NCBI GenBank assembly: GCA_963733035.1 | Contig: CAVTBU010000005.1 | Location: forward strand, 64,001-128,000 | Source of the DNA: Pirellulales bacterium | Lineage (GTDB): Bacteria > Planctomycetota > Planctomycetia > Pirellulales > PALSA-1355 | Length of the DNA: 64,000 nt | Reading direction: 5' to 3' | In this document: positions 1 through 9,469 of the stretch, one piece after another | Position numbering within the stretch: the first letter of the stretch is position 1 | How the letters are laid out: each line of letters opens with the position of its first letter | Program-made: the position numbers and the translations under genes | The notes under the pieces: model-generated | Told to the model about the DNA's origin: nothing | Databases searched by the model: none | What the model saw: only the letters and a program-made list of their open reading frames with translations

Positions 1-209
1 GCATCCTTCTGCTGAAGAACCGTCTTGTTTTGTTCCAACACTTGCTCTCGATTCTGCAGGCGTTCGAGCAGCGTGGCTCGCTCCGCGCCCATTTCAGCAC
101 GAACCTGTTCGACCGCCTGTATAGCCTTTGCTTTGAGGGCGAACCACACACCGGCTCCCCCAATTGCAATTCCGATCAGCAGCATGGCAACGGGCAGGAC
201 GAACTCCAT
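1..209 (-). CDS. Partial CDS running off the window start; N-terminal TM anchor plus coiled coil, RmuC-like
   Basis: Own translation from ATG 209: MEFVLPVAMLLIGIAIGGAGVWFALKAKAIQAVEQVRAEMGAERATLLERLQNREQVLEQ...; GGGAG SD upstream; architecture resembles the RmuC N-terminus. Confidence 0.45.
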   Translation of the reverse strand, partial: MEFVLPVAMLLIGIAIGGAGVWFALKAKAIQAVEQVRAEMGAERATLLERLQNREQVLEQNKTVLQQKD

Positions 210-277
210 GGCAGGCTCCCGAAAACGACGAGCGAAACGGTACGTCGAGTCTAGGCGGGTCGATCCCCCCATGCAAG

Positions 278-742
278 CTAGCGGACGGACGCGAATCGTG
301 GAACCTGCGTGAAGGGCGCAGGTGGCTCGGAATCCTCCTCGCGACTTCGGCTTCTGGCGGCAATGCGCTGTTCAGCCCGAGCTTGCCGTTCCTGATATTT
401 GCGATAGTTGGCTTGGATATGGAAGAGTTTCGCGGCCTCCCTTCTCTCGGCTTTGCTCATCTGGGCTCGAATTGCACGCACCTTCACACGATTCGCTCGC
501 TGTTGAAACGAGTCGTCCGCCGAGGTCTGAACTGTTCTGACGAGCAATGCCGCTCGGCTCGGATGGCAGTTCGCTTCCAGCGCGCGTGTATAGCTGCCGT
601 GCAGGTACACGGGTCTTGGTGCCTCCTCGACGTGCTGGAGCGTTGTGGTGTAGGGCCTGTGACTAGAGACGTTTTGTCCCAGGGCAACAGTTGATAGGGA
701 CGCAGCGATCACCATCGCAGCTGAAACACTGGGCATTTTCAT
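278..742 (-). CDS. Hypothetical secreted protein
   Basis: Signal-peptide-like MKMPSVSAAMVIAASLSTVALGQ; GGAG SD before ATG 742. Confidence 0.6.
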   Translation of the reverse strand: MKMPSVSAAMVIAASLSTVALGQNVSSHRPYTTTLQHVEEAPRPVYLHGSYTRALEANCHPSRAALLVRTVQTSADDSFQQRANRVKVRAIRAQMSKAERREAAKLFHIQANYRKYQERQARAEQRIAARSRSREEDSEPPAPFTQVPRFASVR

Positions 743-874
743 GTTCTTTTCTCCATGGAAAAGCGTGCTGCCGAATCGTAATTCACCCCTTGGACATCTC
801 GGGTCCAACCGTAGGTTGATTTTTAGGGGACTCTCGGTTGGCACATTGCGAATCCGTAAGTTTTCCGCGACAGA

Positions 875-908
875 CTGGACCTCGACAGTCCAGGCACGCG
901 GTTAGAGT
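875..908 (+). promoter_or_regulatory. Inverted repeat CTGGAC-N7-GTCCAG followed 9 bp later by -10-like TAGAGT; candidate operator/promoter of WYL gene 1
   Basis: Perfect 6-bp IR at 875-880/888-893 in the divergent intergenic region upstream of the WYL gene. Confidence 0.35.
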
Positions 909-1056
909 TGGGCTCGGGTCGCTGCTGACCAACCACGTTTGCCGGAACCACGCAATGCCTGAAAGCGACCGTGCCGATCAATTAACTTGTTTTGAGCTGC
1001 GAGCGGCTTATGCTCGACGAATGGTCCTGAATCTGGTCGCGGAGAAGTGCCAAGCG

Positions 1057-2085
1057 ATGAGCAAAGACAAGGCCTTAATTCGGCAGTGGCTAATACTGAA
1101 GATGCTTTCAGCAAGGCGATACGGCGTCACCGTTCAGGAAATGGCGCAGGAATTGGAGGTCAACCAAAAGACGATCCGTCGTGATCTGGATACGTTTAAA
1201 GCCGTAGGCATGCCAATCGAAGAGGTGGTTGGAGACCATGGACAAAAACGGTGGTCCATCAAACACAACAACGGACAAGTTGAATTGAGCTTCTCCATGG
1301 ATGAGGCGTTGGCGTTCTATCTGGGTCGCCGCTATCTCGAACCGATGGCCGGTACTCTTTTCTGGGTTGCTGCGCAAAATGCCTTCAAGAAGATTCGTGC
1401 TTGCCTCGGTAAACCCGCCCTTGACCATCTGGAGAAGATGGCAGGCACGATGCACCACACAGCGGTCGGCACGAGTGACTATTCGCAAAAAGCCGACCTG
1501 ATCGATGAGCTTATGGAGGGGATAGAGAAGCACAGGGTCACCCTGATCAATTATCAGTCGCTGGGTGCTACCGAGCCCGTGGAATATGAAATCCATCCCT
1601 ATGGCATCACCTATCACCGCGGATCGCTCTACCTGGTCGCACGATCCACGGACCACGACAAGTTGCTGCACTTTAAGGTGGATCGCATCGACCAAGCTGA
1701 CGTGCAATCCCTAGTCTTCGAGCCGGTTGATGGTTTCACTCTTGAAGATCATTTCGCCAATTCGTTCGGCGTCTTCCAGGGGGACGGTGATATTGCCGTC
1801 ACGATTCGGTTCCTGCCTCGCGTCGTCCGCTACGTGGAAGAATCAAAGTGGCATGCTAGCCAGAAGTTGTCGCGACAGCGTGACGGCAGCTTGATCGCCG
1901 AGTTTCATTTATCAAGCACGGAAGAAATCATGCGCTGGGTATTGAGTTTCGGTCAGAATGCCATCGTACTGGAGCCCACCGAACTTCGTGACCAGATCGC
2001 CGCAGAGATCGCCGTGATGAACGAGGTTTATGAGCAGCCTGGCGGAGATGGATTCCTGTTTGAAAATCGGCGTCAGATCAAATGA
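1057..2085 (+). CDS. WYL-domain transcriptional regulator (HTH-WYL-WCX, PafB/YafY-like)
   Basis: N-terminal HTH (VQEMAQELEVNQKTIRRDLDTF), WYL core (IHPYGITYHRGSLYLVA...FKVDRI), WCX (RWVLSFGQNAIVLEPTELRDQI); start at MSKDK with GGAG SD. Confidence 0.93.
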   Translation: MSKDKALIRQWLILKMLSARRYGVTVQEMAQELEVNQKTIRRDLDTFKAVGMPIEEVVGDHGQKRWSIKHNNGQVELSFSMDEALAFYLGRRYLEPMAGTLFWVAAQNAFKKIRACLGKPALDHLEKMAGTMHHTAVGTSDYSQKADLIDELMEGIEKHRVTLINYQSLGATEPVEYEIHPYGITYHRGSLYLVARSTDHDKLLHFKVDRIDQADVQSLVFEPVDGFTLEDHFANSFGVFQGDGDIAVTIRFLPRVVRYVEESKWHASQKLSRQRDGSLIAEFHLSSTEEIMRWVLSFGQNAIVLEPTELRDQIAAEIAVMNEVYEQPGGDGFLFENRRQIK

Positions 2086-2115
2086 GTCAGCACATCCCAA
2101 TCTCTAATCGTGCGC

Positions 2116-2805
2116 TCACATCGCTTGCCGCAGTCGGCTTCTCGCTCGATAGCACAGCTTTCTGGCAGCTTCGCTCGAACATCCGAGTCTGCTCCCAATC
2201 TCTCGAAATGTCATGCGATCTTGCTCACGCATGATGAACGCGTCTCGCATTCGCTCCGGCAGAGCCTGAAGAACCGCGTTAAACCGGTGGGACAATTCGT
2301 GATTGAGCAGTACCGCTTCAGGAGTTGCTGGTTCAGTCCGTAAGGCAATCTTCAGTTCAAAGTCAGGCTCTAGGGATTTTTCCCGCGAGATGTCACGCTT
2401 CTTGGCGTGCTGGTAGAATCTGGCGGCATCAGCCGCTTGATTGAGGAGGATTCGTCGCAACCAGCCGAGGAGCTGCCGGCGTGAATCACCGCGGAAATCG
2501 CGGATGTTACGGTGAGCCTCCAACGCGGTTGCTTGCACCAAATCCGCCGGGTCAAATTTTGCCCGAAGCGAAATCGAAACGTTCTGTCTTGCCAGTTTTA
2601 GGAGATACTGATGATTGGCTTGAAGTAGCTTCCCGAGAGACTCCGACGAGCCCTCACGCGCTTCGGAAATCCAGCGATTAATTTGATCTGCACGAGCCTG
2701 CAATGGGGTGTCGTCGCGGCTGGTCAACAATTCGCCTCGCTTCAATCGACAAACTCGCTGCGTTCTCGCGAGTACGCTGGCAGTAGGTGTAACGGGCAAA
2801 TGCAT
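2116..2805 (-). CDS. ECF RNA polymerase sigma-70 factor, planctomycete type (TIGR02984-like); start uncertain
   Basis: Region 2 (YLLKLARQ...DPADLVQATALEAHR...FRG...WLRRIL) and region 4 (ALPERMRDAFIMR...TFREIGSRLGCSSEAARKLCYRARSRL). Confidence 0.88.
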   Translation of the reverse strand: MHLPVTPTASVLARTQRVCRLKRGELLTSRDDTPLQARADQINRWISEAREGSSESLGKLLQANHQYLLKLARQNVSISLRAKFDPADLVQATALEAHRNIRDFRGDSRRQLLGWLRRILLNQAADAARFYQHAKKRDISREKSLEPDFELKIALRTEPATPEAVLLNHELSHRFNAVLQALPERMRDAFIMREQDRMTFREIGSRLGCSSEAARKLCYRARSRLRQAM

Positions 2806-2996
2806 CAGGGTTGACGTTTGGACTATGTCGTTTTGAAACCAACTCGTAAAAGCGTCGTCGATTATGGACAATGAGATGGACAGAGCAGGTCCAACCGGAC
2901 ATCTGTTCACCGAAGGCTGCTCAATCAAATGCGGCTGCCTTAGAAGCGATGCCCACACGCGTCGCCCAGAAAAAATATTCTTTAGGAGTGCCAAGA

Positions 2997-3458
2997 ATGA
3001 CAACTCTGCGCTGGAGTCTTATGTTGAAAGCCCTCGTTGTTGCGATGTCGCTGGTCGCGATGATGGCTCATGCCGATTCGCCAGCGCCGACCAGCCAGCC
3101 ACAGCCGGTAGAGAAAGATATGCACGAGTTCATGGAGTACGTTTTCCAGCCGACTTATAAGCGGTTGAAGGCGTTAATGGCGTCCGAACCCGCTGACAAC
3201 AATGCCTGGAAAGGAATTAGGGCCGACGCCCTAATCCTGGCAGAAGGCGGAAATCTTCTGATTATCCGCAAGTCAAAGGACGATGCGGCAACGTGGGACG
3301 AACTGAGCACCGCCGTGCGGAAAGCTGGAGGGAGCATGTACCAGGCAGCGAAGAAAAAGGACTACAAGTCCGCCCGTCAGCACTATGAAGCGATGCTGAA
3401 GAACTGCAATGCCTGTCACAACAAGTTTGCGGAAGGGGAGCACCAACTGTCGCCGTAG
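2997..3458 (+). CDS. Secreted class II-like (four-helix) cytochrome c
   Basis: Signal peptide, helical body, single C-terminal CxxCH (CNACH); AGGAG SD. Confidence 0.8.
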   Translation: MTTLRWSLMLKALVVAMSLVAMMAHADSPAPTSQPQPVEKDMHEFMEYVFQPTYKRLKALMASEPADNNAWKGIRADALILAEGGNLLIIRKSKDDAATWDELSTAVRKAGGSMYQAAKKKDYKSARQHYEAMLKNCNACHNKFAEGEHQLSP

Positions 3459-3534
3459 AAGCCTTCGTGGACACCAGAGCCGTTCAAAATGACGGCAGCG
3501 ATAAGCAACCAACTAAATCTCAAGGATAACTGTT

Positions 3535-3638
3535 GTGAAACATCTCTACATCCTGATCCCACTGTTCGTGATGGTTGCGTTCGCATCTGCTGATGAGCCA
3601 ATGCGTGAAAGGATTGAATGGAGTGACATTTGGGTCAC
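3535..3638 (+). pseudogene. 5' fragment of a secreted protein (SGNH/GDSL hydrolase-like N-terminus) truncated by IS3
   Basis: Own translation from GTG 3535: MKHLYILIPLFVMVAFASADEPMRERIEWSDIWVT, then the IS begins; AAGGA SD; family assignment from memory of the RERIEWxDIW motif. Confidence 0.5.
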
Positions 3639-3719
3639 TGAGGCGGACCCCAAAAACTGGGCGCGCTGATAAGGTGTGGTTTCCGGGTGCGGAGACGACC
3701 GAATCAGGAGTGTGCCAGC

Positions 3720-4007
3720 ATGACGCGGAAGCGGCGGGTGTTTGGGGCGGCGTTCAAGGCCAAGGTGGCTTTGGCGGCGGTCCGAGGTGACAGGACGACG
3801 GCCCAGTTGGCCAGCGAGTTCGGCGTGCACACCAGCCAGGTCACGGCCTGGAAGAAGCAGCTCTTGGAGCAAGCGGCCGGACTGTTCGAGGACGGCCGCG
3901 CGCGACGCGACGAGCAGTCGGCGGGCGAGCAGGAACTTTACGAGCAGATCGGCCGCTTGAAGATGGAGGTCGAGTGGTTGAAAAAAAAATCTGCCGAGCT
4001 CGCCTGA
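3720..4007 (+). CDS. IS3 transposase OrfA (HTH)
   Basis: FKAKVALAAVRGDRTTAQLASEFGVHTSQVTAWKKQLL...LYEQIGRLKMEVEWLKKK. Confidence 0.92.
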   Translation: MTRKRRVFGAAFKAKVALAAVRGDRTTAQLASEFGVHTSQVTAWKKQLLEQAAGLFEDGRARRDEQSAGEQELYEQIGRLKMEVEWLKKKSAELA

Positions 4008-4845
4008 GGCCAAGCGAAGATGCATCGACACCCATCACGCCCCGTTGAGTATCGCCCGACAGTGCGAGCTGGTCGGCCTGCCGCGCAGCACCCGGTATTA
4101 CGTGCCGAGCGGCGAGACGGCCGAGAACCTGGCGCTGATGAAGCGGATCGACGAGCAGTATTTGCAAACGCCGTTTTACGGCAGCCGCAAGATGGCGATC
4201 GAGCTTGGCATCAATCGCAAGCATGCTCAGCGACTGATGCGGTTGATGGGTTTGGAGGCGGTGGGCGTCAAGCGACGCACCACGCGACCGGCCGCCGGAC
4301 ACAAGATTTACCCGTATTTGCTGCGGAATCTGGAGATTACGCGGCCCGACCAGGTGTGGGCCAGCGACATCACGTACATTCCGTTGCGCCACGGCTTTTT
4401 GTATCTGACGGCGGTGATGGACTGGTTCAGTCGCTACGTGTTGGCCTGGCGGTTGTCGAACACGCTCGAAGGAAGATTTTGCCTAGAAGCACTCGACGAG
4501 GCACTGGCCACCAAGCGCCCGGAGATTTTCAACAGCGATCAAGGAAGCCAGTTCACGGCGGCGGCCTTCACGGGCCGATTGGAGAAGTGTGGCGTGGCGA
4601 TCTCGATGGACGGTCGCGGTCGGGCGCTCGACAACGTGTTCATCGAACGGCTGTGGCGGAGCGTGAAGTACGAGGAGGTGCACCTGCGGGACTACGCCGA
4701 TGGTTGGGAGGCGGAGCAATCGCTGGCCCGCTACTTCGAGTTCTACTGCCAGCGACGAATCCACCAGGCCCTCGGCTACCGCACGCCGGCCGAGTTGTAC
4801 GGGCAGAAAACAGCGCGAAACGTTCGGCGCTCAAATCCCTGTTGA
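3982..4845 (+). CDS. IS3 transposase OrfB (DDE/rve catalytic domain), joined to OrfA at an A9 run
   Basis: WASDITYI...MDWFSRYVLAW...NSDQGSQF...DNVFIERLWRSVKYE; frame open from the A9 run (3981-3989). Confidence 0.92.
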   Translation, partial: KKNLPSSPEAKRRCIDTHHAPLSIARQCELVGLPRSTRYYVPSGETAENLALMKRIDEQYLQTPFYGSRKMAIELGINRKHAQRLMRLMGLEAVGVKRRTTRPAAGHKIYPYLLRNLEITRPDQVWASDITYIPLRHGFLYLTAVMDWFSRYVLAWRLSNTLEGRFCLEALDEALATKRPEIFNSDQGSQFTAAAFTGRLEKCGVAISMDGRGRALDNVFIERLWRSVKYEEVHLRDYADGWEAEQSLARYFEFYCQRRIHQALGYRTPAELYGQKTARNVRRSNPC

Positions 4846-5415
4846 GGCAGGGTTAAAGAGGAGAATCAAACGGAACCCAAACCGTCGTCAGCCGTCGCGG
4901 CCGCGCGAGACCCGTGAGAGGTCTCACGGGCCGCCAGACCCGGCGACCTACATCTTATCCAAGCCCCAAAACTGTCCAACAGTTGGGGTCCACCTCAGGC
5001 ATCTGCCAGCGCATTTGCTGGAAAAGATATCTGAAATCGTTCTTGGCGAACGCATTATCGAGGTCCGCTCGCAATCCACGCCAGCGGGAAGCTTGACCGT
5101 GAACGCCTAAGTGAACTTTGCCGCATTGTTCGAGGCAGCACATTACGTCCGCGCATTGATTGGATCAATAAAAGGCGAAGCGAATACGACCTCACTCCAG
5201 CGGATGAACCGGAATGCAGCCAGTCTGTCGCTGTAGCAAAGCTGGTGGACTACTGGGAGAATTCATAGTCGCATTGGTGGTACGGAGGGCAGAAAGGTTG
5301 GGTAGTCTCGGGCGCTGTTCCAATCGAGCCGATTCCTCAAAAGGGCAGGTTCGACAGCCACCGCCGGTTTGGTTCGATCATTGTTGGAATGCACTACTGC
5401 TAGAGAAAAGTCACA

Positions 5416-6199
5416 ATGGCAAATGCACCAGTCGAAGACCGCTTGTCTCGTGAATGGGAAACCCTGCAAAAGGACTGGTATTCACTGTATCAATGGCAGG
5501 GCACTGCAGCGGTCGGTCACACAGAGCGCATAGCCAAGCTGATTCTTGACGCCTTTGACAAAGTGGGCCTACTGACAGCGGACTTGCGAGAAACCAACTT
5601 CAATGTGAACCATCAAGGACACGCACAACTGAATAATGACGTTGCTCAGTTCACTGAAAAGCGATTCTGCCGGGCGCTTTTCAACGAAGGCAATATCGAC
5701 CCCTTAGGCTGCATTTTGGATTACGAAGTGCCCCTAGGAGAGTTCCAAGCGGCTCGGCACGGTGACATTGATCTTCTGAGCGAAAAAGAAAGGCGCACTG
5801 TTCTTCTTGGAAGCCAAAGGGCCTCACTCGAATGAATCTATCTTGAAAGGCATCCTGCAGGCGTTTGTGTATTCCTCGCTTATCGCGGGTGAGAGAAAAG
5901 GAGTATTTCTCAAGGAGTTTCGTCGGGCATCTGATGTCAAGTTAGTTCCTGCCGTGCTCACCTTTAAATGTGCAGCGTCCGGACAACAATTGAAGAATAT
6001 CGAATGCTACCCCCGTCTGCGGACGTTATTGAAGTCACTCGATGGGTCGCTCGCAAAAAAGGGCCTTTCACCAATGCAGTTTTTTGTTGTCGAGGGCGAT
6101 TCCGCGGATTTTGAAAAATGTTTAGTTCAACCGGAACCAAACGGCAAAATCCTGTTTTGCAAAGGCTTTCTCCCTCAGATTAGCAAAGCCGATGTTTGA
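5416..6199 (+). pseudogene. PD-(D/E)XK-type nuclease-like protein split by one frameshift near 5800
   Basis: ORF 5416-5835 gives DYEVPL...HGDIDLL and ORF 5807-6199 continues EAKG...SILKGILQAFVY; together they form a D...ExK...Q..Y nuclease motif. Confidence 0.55.
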
Positions 6200-6404
6200 C
6201 GAGGTTGATTGCGATTATGGGAATAGCGCACGCTCAGCCTCAGGGCAGCTTTCGTCATATCCGAGATCTCGTTGCTTCACCCCGTTCCTGACACGGGTAG
6301 ATATGATATGTCGGAGCATCGATTTAGCAGCGAATGCGCCGAAGGTGTGAGTACGATGGGGTGGTTCGCTTCCCACATCTCGCATCGTTACGCCGGTCAT
6401 AGCC

Positions 6405-7415
6405 ATGCCTCCCAAGAAGAAACTTCCCAAAGCAACTCGACCCGACGCTGAGCGGCGATTGAGCCAGTCGGATCGGCTCGCGCGGCTTCTGAGAATTCTG
6501 GAACACGTCCAGGGGCGTGGGCGCTGGTCGGCGAAGGAATTGGCTGAGGCGGAGGAATGCACCGAGCGAACCATCTACCGCGCAATGCAATCGCTGGAGT
6601 TGGCGGGCGTTCCTTGGTACTTCGATAAAGCTGAACGTTCATATCGAGTTCGTGCGGATTACAAGTTCCCTGCGCTCAGTATGACAAGTCAGGAACTGAT
6701 CGATCAGGCTGCCGCTTCTGTGGTAGCGGTAGCCGTATCAGGATCAAAGACACCGCTTGCAATAAATAGGAAACTAAAGGCAGCGGCGACCGCCGGTGAA
6801 GTGCTCGATGATGCAGAAAAACTGATTTCCGTGCTTGGGCTGCAAATGGCAGAACACGGAAAGCACCGGGACGTGCTTCGGACGGTACAACGGGCACTTC
6901 TTGATCGCAAGCAACTGGCTGGCAAGTACAAAAGCCCTTACGATGCCAAATCGAAGCAGCTTCTACTGACGCCCTATCGACTGTGCCTCGTCAAGCAGGC
7001 TTGGTATCTGATTGCTACTCCGAAGGACTCGGATGCCCCACGAACTTACAGAGTCGCCCGATTCAACTCTCTGCGTGAAACCGTCACGACAGCAAATGTT
7101 CCACAGGAGTTCGACCTCAAGGAGTACTTTGGGGATGCCTGGGCGGCGTATCGCGGCGACAAGAATTACAAAGTCGAGATCGAGTTTACCAAGGACTCCG
7201 CCGACTTGGTGGTGGAAACCACGTGGCACGCCACGCAGGAAGTGCGGCGGCAAAAGAACGGCACAGTTCGGCTCTCTTTTCGCGTGGATGGGTTGAACGA
7301 GATCGTTCACTGGGTGCTGGGTTGGTCCGGTCGGGCACGGGTAATTCAACCTGTCGAACTACGCGAGCTCCTCGTCAGCCACCTCCAGGCTGCACTTACG
7401 CTAAACCAGGGTTGA
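6405..7415 (+). CDS. WYL-domain transcriptional regulator 2 (HTH-WYL-WCX)
   Basis: HTH (SAKELAEAEECTERTIYRAMQSLE), TPYRLCLVKQAWYLIA, YRVARF, HWVLGWSGRARVIQPVELRE. Confidence 0.93.
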   Translation: MPPKKKLPKATRPDAERRLSQSDRLARLLRILEHVQGRGRWSAKELAEAEECTERTIYRAMQSLELAGVPWYFDKAERSYRVRADYKFPALSMTSQELIDQAAASVVAVAVSGSKTPLAINRKLKAAATAGEVLDDAEKLISVLGLQMAEHGKHRDVLRTVQRALLDRKQLAGKYKSPYDAKSKQLLLTPYRLCLVKQAWYLIATPKDSDAPRTYRVARFNSLRETVTTANVPQEFDLKEYFGDAWAAYRGDKNYKVEIEFTKDSADLVVETTWHATQEVRRQKNGTVRLSFRVDGLNEIVHWVLGWSGRARVIQPVELRELLVSHLQAALTLNQG

Positions 7416-7892
7416 GCCGCCAAACGCTCGCTTTGCGGCACTTCGGCTCGGCTCGGACGGCGACCTGATCGATTTTGACATTTGGTCTCCTCAAACCAAT
7501 CCGCTGCCCATCGTGCTGGCAAAAGACTACGTCCATGTGCTTGTGAACTGTACGGATTGAATGCTCCAGCAATGGATTCCCGTTCACTGACCCACACCTG
7601 TCATTGACATCGGGTATTTATAATACGCGGCGATTTGAGGCTAGATCAGACGATGCAGGCACCGCTCAGGTGCAGCGAGTCATCTCCATCTCACAGTTCG
7701 AGGGTTGTATCCACGGAAAGGCGGGGCTCGGCATAGGTTCGCAGCAGAACCGTCCTCCAACAACCCATCGACTGATCCGATGAGCTACGAGACGACGTTG
7801 AGCAATGGAAAACCCAATGCGTCTGCGTGCCTCAAGTCGCATCTCTTTCAACTAGCGTGGGTAACAGCAAGGTCCGACTGACAGGAGTGTGA

Positions 7893-8447
7893 ATGGAAAA
7901 CGAGGAATGGCTTTCGGAAGCGTGCATTGACCTCGATGAAAACGGCTCGCTTGACGAGTCCTGGACCCTCGACGATTTGATCCGTACCGTCGTCGGCTTC
8001 ACTTTCGTCCTCGGGGTACCAATCTGGCTGCTGTCCATGATTCCCGACTACTTGGAATCCTGGCAAAAGCGTCCCGGACTCACCGGTTGTGCGACGCAAT
8101 GTTTTCTGTTTTGGTTTTCACCAATCTTCCTGGGCATCGCACGAGCTCTCGCGGATTCGAACCGGCGGGTGAATCACCCACGCATCCGGTTTTGGCAGAT
8201 TGTAGTGCTTAGCACCTCCGTGCTTGGATTCCTTGGCAGCTTTGCTCTGCTGGTTTGGGATTTGTACATGCTCGACACATTCCTTGCACTCTACCAACGC
8301 GACCGCGAGGTCGCGATCCAGGTGCCGCTCTATTTCGCCACCAGCATGATCATGGGGGTTGGTTTGGGTTGGCTTATTGGCAAGTGGTGCGACGAGGACC
8401 TGCGAGAGTCTGAACTGGAGCTTGAGGAGATTAATGACCGAGGATGA
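7893..8447 (+). CDS. Hypothetical membrane protein (about 4 TM segments)
   Basis: Four hydrophobic stretches, acidic termini, AGGAG SD; overlaps the next gene. Confidence 0.55.
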   Translation: MENEEWLSEACIDLDENGSLDESWTLDDLIRTVVGFTFVLGVPIWLLSMIPDYLESWQKRPGLTGCATQCFLFWFSPIFLGIARALADSNRRVNHPRIRFWQIVVLSTSVLGFLGSFALLVWDLYMLDTFLALYQRDREVAIQVPLYFATSMIMGVGLGWLIGKWCDEDLRESELELEEINDRG

Positions 8448-9024
8448 CCAACGGCCGCACGTGACGATTGTTCGGCTAGAACGACTGTTTCGTTTGTATC
8501 CAAACCGGCCACTCATGCGGGAGGCTGTGCGGAACTGGCTGCGGGAGCTGGCCCGAACCGAATTCGTGGGAGTTCCCCTCACCGGAGCGTACTACTGGGT
8601 TCCAATGCTCGGGCAAAACGGGCAAGTCACTTGGCAGATCAATGAGTTTTTTGACCATTGGCTGCCAAGTTCCGACCACGTCTATGTCTGGCGGCACGTG
8701 CGCGACTACTTGCAGTCTCACTGGCAAAGTAAATTGAAACGAGTCGGCTGCTGCAGCTTGCCCCGGGGTCGAGTATGCCGTCCTTGCATCACAGGACCGG
8801 ACGGACGAATTTCAACCACGCCCGTGATTTATCACGGCAACGATTGCCCGCTGGGAGCCGCCGGATTCGAGTTCATCCGATCCAAGTTCAATCTCGATCA
8901 ATCGGCTCGGAGTGTTTTTGACGTTCACGAACAGATGCTCACCGAAGACGCCGCGTTCATTTCGCAGATTTTGGGTATCGATCTGGGGGGACCGATTGTC
9001 AAACCAAAGTTCAGAGTCAGCTAG
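8434..9024 (+). CDS. Hypothetical protein
   Basis: ATG 8434 with GAGGAG SD; protein-like composition (LPRGRV, YHGND, FDVHEQM). Confidence 0.6.
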   Translation: MTEDDQRPHVTIVRLERLFRLYPNRPLMREAVRNWLRELARTEFVGVPLTGAYYWVPMLGQNGQVTWQINEFFDHWLPSSDHVYVWRHVRDYLQSHWQSKLKRVGCCSLPRGRVCRPCITGPDGRISTTPVIYHGNDCPLGAAGFEFIRSKFNLDQSARSVFDVHEQMLTEDAAFISQILGIDLGGPIVKPKFRVS

Positions 9025-9047
9025 ACCAGAAACATAGGAGATGCAAT

Positions 9048-9287
9048 TTGGCCAAGTACTACGTCGAGTCTGGAAAAGTCCAGGTGATCGTTCACGCCGA
9101 CGGCGTTCGGGAAGCCGCTGCCAAGATGGCTGCCATGTCGCGACACCGATTCGCCGACACATCCATCATTACGACGATTTCCCAAGCCGGTTTCGAGCTG
9201 TCGGAAGACACCACCGTCATGATCACCACCCAGGCATTCGGGCAGCAGCCACCGCCCAAACCCGATCCGTCCACCGTCGCCGAGTAG
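9048..9287 (+). CDS. Small hypothetical protein
   Basis: TTG start with AGGAG SD; MAKYYVESG...SQAGF. Confidence 0.55.
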   Translation: MAKYYVESGKVQVIVHADGVREAAAKMAAMSRHRFADTSIITTISQAGFELSEDTTVMITTQAFGQQPPPKPDPSTVAE

Positions 9288-9469
9288 ATTCCATTCAGAC
9301 AAGTTCAGGAACGAAACATGAACAGCAGGTTCGCAAGGACTACTCTTTTGGCTGTACGTAGCCTATGTATCGTGCTGGGCTGCCCGCCAGAGAGAGGCCT
9401 ATCAGCGCCAGTTGCGGGCGAAGCTTAATGTCTTGGACGCAGTAGATTTTACAAAGGACCCATCCGACG

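Larger units (their letters stand above)
3639..4997 (+). mobile_element. IS3-family insertion sequence (1359 bp)
   Basis: 5'-TG...CA-3' ends; IRL TGAGGCGGACCCCAA vs IRR (revcomp) TGAGGTGGACCCCAA; orfA plus orfB; no target duplication visible. Confidence 0.93.

Noticed and set aside
7604..7624. Perfect TTGACA and TATAAT hexamers
   Set aside because: The spacer is only 9 bp, so they are not one sigma70 promoter
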